Shown one piece after another: positions 42,119 through 50,814 of a stretch of DNA of 64,000 nt (position 1 is its first letter; each line of letters begins with the position of its first letter). The notes beneath the pieces were generated by a model. That model made no database searches, was not told the DNA's origin, and was given only the letters and a program-made list of their open reading frames with translations. The stretch comes from Candidatus Eiseniibacteriota bacterium. GTDB taxonomy: Bacteria > Eisenbacteria > RBG-16-71-46 > SZUA-252. A program made the translations under genes and the position numbers. The DNA lies in the NCBI GenBank assembly GCA_963703225.1, contig OY969801.1:832001-896000 (forward strand), in the 5' to 3' direction.

Positions 42119-42537
42119 GCAGCGAGATCGGTCCGCGAGACGGCACTGGTGATTCGGGGTGGCTACGCTACTCCGTCATTGCCGTCGCCGCCCTGACGAT
42201 CCTGATCGGCTTGGGCGCCCTGCTCGCGCCGAGATTGCTTCTCGGGTTGCTCGCGGCCGGCACGGACGGCGTGGGGCAATTTTTCCTAAGGGCCGTCGGA
42301 TTGCTTGTGCTCCTGTTCGGGGGGCTCCTGTCGCAGGCGCTCTTGAGTCCGGCGCACGGCCGCGTGATCTTGTTCTGGGCCGGCCTTGAGAAGCTCGGTT
42401 TCGCGGCGGCCATGACGGCCGGATACGCGACATCGACGTTCGGCCCATTCGCCATCGCGGTCGCCCTCGTCGACTTGGTGTCAGGGCTGATCGTTTTCGG
42501 CTACAGGCGAAGCCTCCGCGACGCCCCCGGCCGCTAG
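42115..42537 (+). CDS. Hypothetical membrane protein (about 4 TM)
   Basis: Hydrophobic C-terminal part of ORF 41968..42537; TTG start overlaps the upstream stop. Confidence 0.6.
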   Translation: MSSEIGPRDGTGDSGWLRYSVIAVAALTILIGLGALLAPRLLLGLLAAGTDGVGQFFLRAVGLLVLLFGGLLSQALLSPAHGRVILFWAGLEKLGFAAAMTAGYATSTFGPFAIAVALVDLVSGLIVFGYRRSLRDAPGR

Positions 42538-43154
42538 CGCACCACCAAACTCAACACGGCCGCGATCCCGAACGCGGCGATGATCGCGCCTGAGATCCGG
42601 TTCACCCAGATCAGCCGACCGGAATCGAAGCGCGAGCGGAGCAGGCTGACGGCGCCGCTGAGCGTGAGCCACCAGAGCGCCGAGCCGGTAAAGACGCCGA
42701 GGACAAGCGTCGCCGCGACGGCCGGCTCCGGATGCGCGGTGCCAAGCCCGAGTGCCGCGAACACCGCGACGAAGGAGAGGATCGTCATCGGATTGGTCAG
42801 CGTGAGCACGAACGTGGAAGCATAGGCGTTGAAAAGCCCGGTGCCGCGGGCCACGGCGGCCTTCTTGCCCGGCCGGGCGATGAACGTCCGAACCCCGAGA
42901 TAGAGCAGGAAGGCCCCGCCGATCACGCGGATCCATGCCTGTGCGCCCACCAGCACGTCGGTGAGCGCGGTGAGGCCGAAGGCAGCGAGGCATCCGTAGA
43001 TCGCGTCGGCCGAGGCGGCTCCAAGGCCGGTGGCGAGCCCCGCCGCGCGGCCATCCGCCAGGGTGCGTCGGATGCAGAGCACCCCGATCGGCCCGACCGG
43101 GGCCGCGATGGAGAAGCCGATAAGGATGCCGCGAAGCAGAAAGCTCAAGCTCAC
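42534..43154 (-). CDS. LysE-family translocator
   Basis: GFSIAAPVGPIGVLCIRRTL, ADAIY, LTLTNPMTILSF, GSALWW; AGGAG RBS. Confidence 0.92.
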   Translation of the reverse strand: MSLSFLLRGILIGFSIAAPVGPIGVLCIRRTLADGRAAGLATGLGAASADAIYGCLAAFGLTALTDVLVGAQAWIRVIGGAFLLYLGVRTFIARPGKKAAVARGTGLFNAYASTFVLTLTNPMTILSFVAVFAALGLGTAHPEPAVAATLVLGVFTGSALWWLTLSGAVSLLRSRFDSGRLIWVNRISGAIIAAFGIAAVLSLVVR

Positions 43155-43160
43155 GCCGGG

Positions 43161-43189
43161 TTGTCTCCTATACGACGGTCGGGTATAAT
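43161..43189 (+). promoter_or_regulatory. Sigma70 promoter of efp
   Basis: TTGTCT (43161-43166), 17 nt spacer, perfect TATAAT (43184-43189). Confidence 0.75.
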
Positions 43190-43231
43190 AATCGGCTCGC
43201 AACGAAATCCCAAGTACGAGGAGACATTTCC

Positions 43232-43789
43232 GTGATCGCGGCGACTCAAGTCAAGGTTGGGATGGTCATTTTGCACAAGGGCCAGCCCCACCGGGTGACC
43301 AACGTGCTCCACGTAACCCCTGGAAACTGGCGGGGGATGGTCCACGCCAAGATGGTCAATCTGGTGACGGGCTCCCAGGCGGAGCACCGGTTCCGCTCCG
43401 AGGATAAGGTGGACCGCGCCGAGCTGGACCACCACCCACTCCAATACCTCTATCGCTCTGGCGACGAGTTCACGTTCATGAACACGGACAACTACGAGAT
43501 GGTGAACGTCCCCGCGGATCATCTGGGCGACGCGGTGAACTATCTGGTCGACGGCATGACCGTCGAGATGTCCTACTTCGAGGGGAAACCGGTCGGCGTG
43601 GATCTCCCGATGTTCGTGGAGCTGGAAATCGTCGAAACCGACCCCGTCATGAAGGGCGCCACCGTCACCTCCTCTCCCAAGTCGGCCAAGATGAATACGG
43701 GCCTCATGACCAAGGTTCCGCAACACATGTCGATTGGGGATCGCGTCAAGATCGACACCCGCGATGGGAGCTTTGTCGAGCGCGTTTAG
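43232..43789 (+). CDS. efp: Elongation factor P
   Basis: 185 aa; TPGNWRG loop, QYLY, FMNTDNYE, ETDPVMKGAT, KVP, VKIDTRDGSFVER. Confidence 0.95.
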   Translation: MIAATQVKVGMVILHKGQPHRVTNVLHVTPGNWRGMVHAKMVNLVTGSQAEHRFRSEDKVDRAELDHHPLQYLYRSGDEFTFMNTDNYEMVNVPADHLGDAVNYLVDGMTVEMSYFEGKPVGVDLPMFVELEIVETDPVMKGATVTSSPKSAKMNTGLMTKVPQHMSIGDRVKIDTRDGSFVERV

Positions 43790-43811
43790 AGCGATCACGG
43801 GGGCCGTCCTA

Positions 43812-44672
43812 TTGAACGGCGCCCGGCTGCGACCCCGACTCGCGGGCCCGCTCCTCGCAGCCCTCGTCGTTGCCGCTCCATGTGCGGCGGCGCCGACGTT
43901 CACAATCCTCCTTCACGACAGCACGTCCGTCGCGGCCGCGCGCGTCGAGCCATGGCCCCAGGATTATGTCCGCGCATGGAAGGCGGACGGAACGATGCTG
44001 TTCCTCTCGGATCACAGGATCAAATCCATCACGGATGATGCCGGGACCGAATTGACGAAACACGTCCTTCGCGACCGGGCAAGCATCGGCGAGATGCCCA
44101 CCGCGGTCGCCCCGTCCAAGATGAACGTGCATTGCTTCCGGCCCCAGCCGCTGCCCAAGTGCCGGTCGTACTTCGTATTTGACTTTGGGTATGCCTATCC
44201 GCTCGACAAGAGCACTTACTCAACCTCCGCGGACAAGAACGGAGTTGGATCTCTTGATTTGGGGTACATGCGGAATCTGTCGGCGAAGAATGCCGTCGGC
44301 TTCAGCGCCGTCGGCATCGGAACCTCCGGATCGCAGAGGTTCGGAGTTCGGGCACGGTACCGCCGTTGGATTTCGCACTCGCTTGGGTTGGACGGAACCG
44401 CGGGGCTGGTCGTTGTCGGGAACGGGAATGACGCGCATGACTTTGAGTTCCCGGCGCCCATCGCAAGCCTCGGCCTCCAGGCGGGCGGCCTGTTCGGCGT
44501 GACGCTAGAGATGGAGCAGGTCCGGTATCACGCTTTGTTGCCTGGCAACCCGGAGGGTCCAAGTGCGTCGGAAGTTGACTGGCGGGTTGGCGGGCATCTG
44601 GGCTCGGCGGTCGGCGCCGCGGCCACGTTTGGTCTCGCCCTGTTCGCCATCGCCGCGCTCAGTGGGTTTTAG
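43812..44672 (+). CDS. Hypothetical secreted/outer-membrane protein, paralog 1
   Basis: Signal peptide, amphipathic beta-strands and a hydrophobic C-terminal segment; colinear similarity to 44923..45771. Confidence 0.68.
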   Translation: MNGARLRPRLAGPLLAALVVAAPCAAAPTFTILLHDSTSVAAARVEPWPQDYVRAWKADGTMLFLSDHRIKSITDDAGTELTKHVLRDRASIGEMPTAVAPSKMNVHCFRPQPLPKCRSYFVFDFGYAYPLDKSTYSTSADKNGVGSLDLGYMRNLSAKNAVGFSAVGIGTSGSQRFGVRARYRRWISHSLGLDGTAGLVVVGNGNDAHDFEFPAPIASLGLQAGGLFGVTLEMEQVRYHALLPGNPEGPSASEVDWRVGGHLGSAVGAAATFGLALFAIAALSGF

Positions 44673-44781
44673 ACTCGGCGCCAAATTCGGCGGCGAGCTC
44701 AGCGTTCCCGCCATGTTGCTCTCGTTTCTTGTCGTCGGCGCCCTGGTCGAAGAAGCCGGAAGCTTCCGGTACTTGCAGTAG
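44668..44781 (+). pseudogene. Orphan C-terminal segment of a third paralog
   Basis: FRLGAKFGGELSVPAMLLSFLVVG matches WHVGVKLGGEFAIGGFIAALLFGG at the end of paralog 2; lies in the +1 frame at the paralog 1 stop. Confidence 0.6.
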
Positions 44782-44922
44782 CTGACCCCTGGACCTTTCG
44801 GTCCCCCCGGAGAATCTGGTATGCCAGCGGTGTAGGCACCAGGTGCGGGAGCCCCCCTCCCTGGCCTGCCCAGGGACGGCGCCGCGCTCCCGAGGGACGG
44901 AGGTGCCACGAGACCCTGCTTC

Positions 44923-45771
44923 TTGCTCCTCACGATCGCCTTGGGGACGCTTGCCGCGGCGCCCTCGGCGGTCGCCGCGGAATATTCCGTGCAAGTCGAG
45001 GAGGCAGGCACTCTCACAGTCGTGCGACTGGAGCCGTGGTCGCTGGGATTCGTCAAAGCGACCCACGTCGACGGTACAACGGAGTACCTCGCCTATCAGA
45101 GAATCCGCTGGATCCGGGACTCCGAAGGGCGCGATCGGACCGCGGATGTCCTCGAACAGAAGAAGATGTTAGGCGACGCCCCTCTAAGTGTCCGCTACCA
45201 GAAGACTCGATACAACGTCCCGTCGCTTCGCGGCAGTCCGCTGCCGATGCGAGAGGTCTTTCCGATTATCCAATTCGGTGTGCTGGTTCCGGCGGGCAGG
45301 GATCCTAGAGGTTTTGAGAACCTGCCCCCCACCGCCACGGTGGAGCTAGGTGCAATGAAGAATCTGAGCAGGAGGTACGGGTTAGGATTTAGTACCTTCT
45401 ATTCAGGTGACGATGACTACGCGCGTATGGGCGTGAAGGCGCGGGTCCGACGCTGGCTGACTCCATCGATCGCTGTCGATGCGGCACCTGGCGTGGTTCT
45501 CACCGAGCGGAGCATTTTCTATTCGACGGATGACGCCGTAGGGTTCGTCGGCGAATTGGCAGTGAGCTTTGCTGATATTCTTGTGGTCACCGGTCAGGCT
45601 GAAACGGTGTCATTCGATCAGTATGTCTGGCACGCGATCGACGATAACTGGTATCCGGTGCACAGAGACGAAATTGCGTGGCATGTTGGCGTGAAGCTCG
45701 GCGGGGAGTTCGCCATAGGCGGTTTCATCGCCGCACTCCTGTTTGGTGGATTCCATGGGTCGCGGTACTAG
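44923..45771 (+). CDS. Hypothetical secreted/outer-membrane protein, paralog 2 (start uncertain)
   Basis: Shares RLEPW, ELGAMKNLS, GVKARVRRW and W.VG..LG blocks with paralog 1. Confidence 0.68.
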   Translation: MLLTIALGTLAAAPSAVAAEYSVQVEEAGTLTVVRLEPWSLGFVKATHVDGTTEYLAYQRIRWIRDSEGRDRTADVLEQKKMLGDAPLSVRYQKTRYNVPSLRGSPLPMREVFPIIQFGVLVPAGRDPRGFENLPPTATVELGAMKNLSRRYGLGFSTFYSGDDDYARMGVKARVRRWLTPSIAVDAAPGVVLTERSIFYSTDDAVGFVGELAVSFADILVVTGQAETVSFDQYVWHAIDDNWYPVHRDEIAWHVGVKLGGEFAIGGFIAALLFGGFHGSRY

Positions 45772-45810
45772 AGGAATCATCTCAAGACCGCGATTGAGAA
45801 GGGGTCAGGG

Positions 45811-46740
45811 TCACCCCACCTTCCCCAACCTACGCGTGATCTCCCACGCCGCGGTGGCTCCCTGGCCCGCGGCATTCGCGATGGAGGGCCACTCGGGAGA
45901 GCAGACGTCTCCCGCGGCGTAGACCCCGGCCACGCTGGTGGCGCCGCCCAAACCGGCGCGGATATATCCCGAGCGATCGAGCCGGAGCTGTCCCCGCAAT
46001 AGGTCCGTCCGCGGCTGCCATCCGACCCGGATGAAGACGGCGTCCAGCTTCACGACGCGCGCCTTCCCGGAGGCGCCCACGCGGTACTCGATCCCCTCGA
46101 CGCGATCCTCTCCGAGAATTCTCTGCACCCGAGCGTTCCGCACGATCCGAATGTTGGGATCTTTGAGCGCCCGCCGCAGAAAATCCCGCCGCGCCCGGAA
46201 CCGGCCGGTGCGATGGAGCAGCGTCACGGGAGAGCCAACCTCGGAGCAGAGCAGGGCATCCTCCACCGCCGCGGTCCCGCCGCCCACGACCACCACAGGG
46301 CGCCCGGCATACGTGGTCCGGTCCTCATTCGCCGAGACGCTGACACCTCGGCCCAAGAGCTTCGCCTCACCGGGGATGCCGAGCGTCCGCCGCCGCAACC
46401 CGGTCGCGATCAAGAGAGCGCGCGCGTGGTAGCGCTCGGCCCCGCGCTCCACCATCCGCGAGCGCACGCCGATCCGCGTGACGGGGCCGCCAACGAGCAC
46501 CCGCAGCTCGGCCGCGCGGGCGTCGTCCAGAATGCCGCGGGCGATCCGCTCCCCCTGCCAGCCGAAGCCCATGAGGTAGTTGAGAACCGGTGCGTGGATG
46601 TCGTGGAGCTGCCCGCCCGGCTGGAGGGATTCTTCCAGGACGAGATAATCCACGCCGAAGTCGCGGAGCCAGAGCGCCGCGGAGAGACCCGCGACGCCGG
46701 CGCCGATGATCAGCGCTTCGACGCGCTGCCGTCGGGGCAT
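45811..46740 (-). CDS. TrxB-fold NAD(P)/FAD oxidoreductase lacking the CxxC motif
   Basis: IIGAGVAGLSAA, PGGQL, LLIATG, GRGVSVSANED (CATCD position), VVGGGTAAVEDA, GVYAAGDV. Confidence 0.88.
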   Translation of the reverse strand: MPRRQRVEALIIGAGVAGLSAALWLRDFGVDYLVLEESLQPGGQLHDIHAPVLNYLMGFGWQGERIARGILDDARAAELRVLVGGPVTRIGVRSRMVERGAERYHARALLIATGLRRRTLGIPGEAKLLGRGVSVSANEDRTTYAGRPVVVVGGGTAAVEDALLCSEVGSPVTLLHRTGRFRARRDFLRRALKDPNIRIVRNARVQRILGEDRVEGIEYRVGASGKARVVKLDAVFIRVGWQPRTDLLRGQLRLDRSGYIRAGLGGATSVAGVYAAGDVCSPEWPSIANAAGQGATAAWEITRRLGKVG

Positions 46741-47477
46741 AGTTCTCCCGCCACCTCCCAAAACGTCTTCGGCTCGATTGGCCCCACCCTGTGGCGCCGG
46801 GAAAGCTCGTCCAAGAATCGCTGCCGCTCGGCGAGTCGCTCCGGGACGAGGGCGCTCAACCCTCCGGAGTGGATCCGGATCGTCGCCGAGACCCCGCGAA
46901 CCCGAGCGATCTTCCCGCCGCCGCGGGCCACCCTCAGGAGCCAGTCCCAGTCTTCGGAGTAGACCATCTTGGGATCGAAGAGCCCGAATCGCTCGAACGC
47001 CGCCCGCCGGGCCGCGAAGGAGCTGGGCGGGATGAAGCTGTCACGCCCAAATCGTGCGAGGTCGAAATCGACGCCGAGCACGCGTTTCTCCTCGGTCGCC
47101 TCCTCCACGATCCTCGCGTCGGAGTAGACGACCCACGCATCGGGGTCCCGGTCGAGCGCGTCGGCGAGCTGCCGGACGTGCCCCGGATCCCAGAGGTCGT
47201 CGTCGTCGAGAAATGCGAACGAGTCGGCGCGCGCCGCGGCGATTCCGTTGTCGCGCGCCTGAGCCAAACCCTCGGGGGGGTCGTCCCGCTCCACCAGGAG
47301 GTGCGGAAACTCGAGCTTCTCGAGGACCCCCCGAGCCGCTTCGTCCAGCGGCGCGCCCCCGTCCCGGACCAAGACCAGCTCGATCTCGGAGTGGCTCTGG
47401 CGCGCCACGGATTGGAGCGCCTCCAGAAGAAAGTCGGGGCGGTTTCGCGTGGGGAGGATGACCGAGACCGAAGGCAC
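46710..47477 (-). CDS. GT2 (GT-A fold) glycosyltransferase
   Basis: VSVILPTRNR, ARDNGI, AFLDDDDLW, SEDWDWLLR. Confidence 0.9.
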   Translation of the reverse strand: MPSVSVILPTRNRPDFLLEALQSVARQSHSEIELVLVRDGGAPLDEAARGVLEKLEFPHLLVERDDPPEGLAQARDNGIAAARADSFAFLDDDDLWDPGHVRQLADALDRDPDAWVVYSDARIVEEATEEKRVLGVDFDLARFGRDSFIPPSSFAARRAAFERFGLFDPKMVYSEDWDWLLRVARGGGKIARVRGVSATIRIHSGGLSALVPERLAERQRFLDELSRRHRVGPIEPKTFWEVAGELCPDGSASKR

Positions 47478-47480
47478 CGT

Positions 47481-48005
47481 TCAGCGTCGCGCTTCGGTTA
47501 CGAATTGGACTTTCTGCTCCACCCCGCGCATCTCGGCGCAGAGGTGGCGTGCCCGGACGACGACCTCGAGTGAGCGGGGCTTGAGCGCCCGCGCCAAGTG
47601 GTCCGCGAGCGCCTGGGTCAATTCCTCTTGAATGCGCGGCAGGAGGGTGAGGTCCCGCACCAAGCGGGCAATCGCCCCGGGGCCGCCGACCTTCTGCCGC
47701 GGCACGTACGAGACCCGCGCCTCGCCAAAGTAAGGGACCAGATGGTGAGGGCAGAGGCCATAGATCGGGATCTCCTCCACGGCGACCGTTTCGCCCCGGC
47801 GCCCGCGGTAGCCGACCGTCGCGATCGGCCGGACCTTCTCCCGAAGCCCCACGGTGCGCTGGACGAGCAAATCGGCGGCCAGCTCGGCGGTGGCGGCATA
47901 GACGGGGTCGCGCCGCGGATCGATGCCAATCGAGCGGAGGAATTTCCGGAACGCGGCGATGTCGGGGGCAGACAGGCGCGGGCGTCGCCTTCGTGTCTGG
48001 CTCAC
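47481..48005 (-). CDS. Divergent GTP cyclohydrolase I (FolE-like T-fold protein), short C-terminus
   Basis: LCPHHLVPYFG, SYVP, RIQEELT, HLCAEMRGV; GTG start overlaps the HD gene stop. Confidence 0.82.
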   Translation of the reverse strand: MSQTRRRRPRLSAPDIAAFRKFLRSIGIDPRRDPVYAATAELAADLLVQRTVGLREKVRPIATVGYRGRRGETVAVEEIPIYGLCPHHLVPYFGEARVSYVPRQKVGGPGAIARLVRDLTLLPRIQEELTQALADHLARALKPRSLEVVVRARHLCAEMRGVEQKVQFVTEARR

Positions 48006-48589
48006 AGTCCCAGCGCTCCCGCCTCGCGCTGGAGCGCGGTCAGCACGAACGCGACATGTTCCTCGAGCGGGACGCCCAGCTCGGCGGCGCCCTGCGCGAT
48101 CTCGTCGCGGTTCACCGACCGCGCGAATTCCTTCTTCCGCATCTTTCGCAGGACGGAATCCGCGGTCACCTCCGCGAGCGTCTTCCCGGGCTGCACCAGG
48201 GCGGTGGCGGTGATCAAGCCGCACAGCTCGTCGCTCGCGAAGAGCGCGCGGGCCATCGGCGAGAGTCGAGGGATGCCCGAGTAGGCGGCGTGTCCCAGAA
48301 TCGCCTCGATCATCTCCTTGGGGTACCCGCGCTCCTCGAGGATGCGGCAGCCCACGAAGGGGTGCTCCTGCTTGGTCGGGTGCTTTTCGTAGTCGAAGTC
48401 GTGGAGGAGCCCGGTGACCCCCCAAAGCTCCGCGTCCGCGCCGTGCTTCCGGGCGTACGCGCGCATGGCCGCTTCCACCGCGTAGGCGTGCTTGCGCAGG
48501 CCCGGCCCCTCCGTGTGCTCGTGGAGGAGCGCGAGCGCGGCGTCGCGATTCAAGAGGGCGTCCGGGGACGGCGAGGAATGGGGGGTCAT
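48002..48589 (-). CDS. HD (HDIG) domain predicted hydrolase
   Basis: LRKHAYAVEAAMR, GLLHDFDYE, AILGH, LFASDELCGLI, FARSVNRDEI. Confidence 0.9.
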   Translation of the reverse strand: MTPHSSPSPDALLNRDAALALLHEHTEGPGLRKHAYAVEAAMRAYARKHGADAELWGVTGLLHDFDYEKHPTKQEHPFVGCRILEERGYPKEMIEAILGHAAYSGIPRLSPMARALFASDELCGLITATALVQPGKTLAEVTADSVLRKMRKKEFARSVNRDEIAQGAAELGVPLEEHVAFVLTALQREAGALGL

Positions 48590-48708
48590 GGGAGCGCCGC
48601 GGCGGCGCTCGAAAATCATAGGGGGGCGCCCGCCGCCTGACAAGCGCGTTTGCCCCGGAGCCGGGGCGAGACCGGCGCGGGTCGGGGGCGGGAGGCGCGA
48701 GACTGGGG

Positions 48709-49260
48709 CTAGAGGCTCTTCTTCGTGATGACGGTGGCTCGGATCACCGTCAACGTCTCGGTGCCGGACACCTGTTGGAGCGGCGGCGTGGAGGTGCTGT
48801 CAAAGGTGAGCCGAACCCCGATCCGGGCCGATTCCTGGACCAGCGCCGCGGCGAGGGCCGCGGAGGTCACGTCGGTGCTCACGTTGGTGACGTTGCCCGG
48901 AGTGAGGGCCACCGGCACGCTCGCGATCGGCGTCGTGCTGAACGGATCGGTCGAATCGGCCGACGCGATGTAGATCAGGAGCGTGTCCGCGGCGGTTCCG
49001 GTGGTGTTGTCGAAGGAGGCTTCCAGGTGGAGCGTCGCGGTGGCGATCTCCGTCACGTCCTGGACGCCGGGGAGAAGGTTCACGTTCTGGCTCGCCAGGT
49101 CGATCGAGGTCGCGGGCACGCCGCCCGGCACCGCGTAGCTCTGGGAAACGTCGCCCGGGTCGAGGAAGCTCAGGACGTCGACCGTGAGGATGAGGCTGCG
49201 ATCGCCGCACCCTCCCAGAAGAAGGGGAAGGACGAGAAGGAGTGCCGCCGCGCGACGCAT
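48709..49260 (-). CDS. Hypothetical lipoprotein
   Basis: MRRAAALLLVLPLLLGGC lipobox; beta-rich mature part; AGGAGG RBS overlapping the upstream stop. Confidence 0.75.
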   Translation of the reverse strand: MRRAAALLLVLPLLLGGCGDRSLILTVDVLSFLDPGDVSQSYAVPGGVPATSIDLASQNVNLLPGVQDVTEIATATLHLEASFDNTTGTAADTLLIYIASADSTDPFSTTPIASVPVALTPGNVTNVSTDVTSAALAAALVQESARIGVRLTFDSTSTPPLQQVSGTETLTVIRATVITKKSL

Positions 49261-49268
49261 CGAGCCTC

Positions 49269-50612
49269 CTAGTAGATCGTGAGGGAAGTGCAGAGCTCCA
49301 GGGCCCGCGCTTCCTCCACGTTCCGCTGATTCGTCCCCAGTGCCCAATCGAGGCCGATGCCGCCGAACCGGTACCCGGCGCCGCCCGTGTATTGCCAGCG
49401 GCTGTTGGAATCCAGGTAGGCGCCGCCCCGGACCGCGAGCGGGCCGAACCATCTCTCGGCCCCCACGTGGATGCCGGTGTAGAGCTCGTTCTTCACCACG
49501 TCGGCGGCGATCGTCGACGGTCCCATCCGCTTCGCGACGTTGAGCGTCGCGGTGTAGGGGATCGTCGACCAGAAACCCTCGCCCTTGGCCTCCTTCACGG
49601 TCGTGAACTCGTTCAGCGAATCGTCGTAGGCGAGGAGATTTCGGGTGGTCGACCAGTGGATGCGGCTCCCGACGTCGCTGACGCCCAGCCCCAGCTCGAA
49701 GTTCCGCCAGAAGAGGACCGTACCCAGGTCGGCTCCGTAGCCGTGACCCATGCCGCTCTGGCTGCCGACGGCGGCGTGGCGCGTATGGCCCGTGAGATCG
49801 ACCGCGACCGGATTGCTGCTCCCGAAGAGGGTGTCGGCCGTGGTGACGCCGCCGTCCGAGTTGATCTGCCCGTAGGCGAGGCCCATCAGGTATTTCGGTC
49901 CGGCGCCCACGTAGAGGGCGGTGGTACCGCTCCGGCGCGGATCGGCGCCCGCGCTTTCGGCCGGGGCCGCGGCGTGCAGCGCGCGAAACGCGGCGCCCGC
50001 CTGGTAGGCGAGCGCTGCCTCCGCGATGCCGTCATCCTCCAGCGCGTAGCGGGTGTTGGCGGCGAACGGCTCCGCGTTCCGAAGCGCGGCCCGGAACCGG
50101 TCGCTCAGGTCGAATTCGTTCCGGACGTGGATGAGCGGGTTGAACTGGACAAAGAAATGGCCGAACTGCTTGCCAATCCCAAAGAGGTGAAAGACCCCGC
50201 CGTACTTGACTGATTCTTGGGGTATCGCCTTCTGGACGTCGGCCAAATCCACCTGAAGCGAGTCCTTGGCCACGAAGATCGAGATGTCGCCCGAGACCGC
50301 GTCGGGCTTGCTGAGCGCCCAGGTCATCGGAGGATTGGCCGCGAGATCCAGGATCTTGAAGACATTGAAGTCGGGGTCGTCGGGATCGAAGGTCGGGGTG
50401 TCGTTCAGGTATTGCACCACGCCGATCGGGAGCGGAATCGAGCCCCACGTCGTCCCCTTGGGCACCGCCCGGAACGCGACGTTCGCGGTGCTGGACGAGC
50501 CGTTGTCGCTGGTCGCCACGCCTCCCATTCCCAGTCGCCGGGCATCCAATACCTGGGCCTCGGCGGAAGCCGCGAAGAGGACGCAGCAAAGTATGGATAC
50601 GAGCACCTTCAT
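49269..50612 (-). CDS. Outer-membrane beta-barrel protein (FadL/TraF/DUF5723-like architecture)
   Basis: Signal MKVLVSILCCVLFAASAEA; ARRLGMGG plug motif; GYGADLG, HVGAERW, LAVRGG; ends SLTIY. Confidence 0.68.
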   Translation of the reverse strand: MKVLVSILCCVLFAASAEAQVLDARRLGMGGVATSDNGSSSTANVAFRAVPKGTTWGSIPLPIGVVQYLNDTPTFDPDDPDFNVFKILDLAANPPMTWALSKPDAVSGDISIFVAKDSLQVDLADVQKAIPQESVKYGGVFHLFGIGKQFGHFFVQFNPLIHVRNEFDLSDRFRAALRNAEPFAANTRYALEDDGIAEAALAYQAGAAFRALHAAAPAESAGADPRRSGTTALYVGAGPKYLMGLAYGQINSDGGVTTADTLFGSSNPVAVDLTGHTRHAAVGSQSGMGHGYGADLGTVLFWRNFELGLGVSDVGSRIHWSTTRNLLAYDDSLNEFTTVKEAKGEGFWSTIPYTATLNVAKRMGPSTIAADVVKNELYTGIHVGAERWFGPLAVRGGAYLDSNSRWQYTGGAGYRFGGIGLDWALGTNQRNVEEARALELCTSLTIY

Positions 50613-50814
50613 CTCTTTATTTATCGGCAGGTTCGCCCATTTCCTTGAGGCCGGTTGGAAGAGGGGGGAGGGCCGGCATCCTGGGGAGGGCGGGCAATTT
50701 GACCCTTCCGGCGGGCCTGTGGTACCGTAGCTGACTCTCTTGAAAACGCGGCACTTAGGCGCGCCTTCCGGGACCGTCGTGTTGCGAAATTTCAGAGGTA
50801 CATCCCAACCTACA

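Noticed and set aside
50699..50730. TGGTACC upstream of valS, resembling a T-box antiterminator bulge
   Set aside because: No recognisable stem I/specifier region or downstream terminator, and little room for one. TTGACC-N18-TACCGT fits an ordinary promoter equally well.
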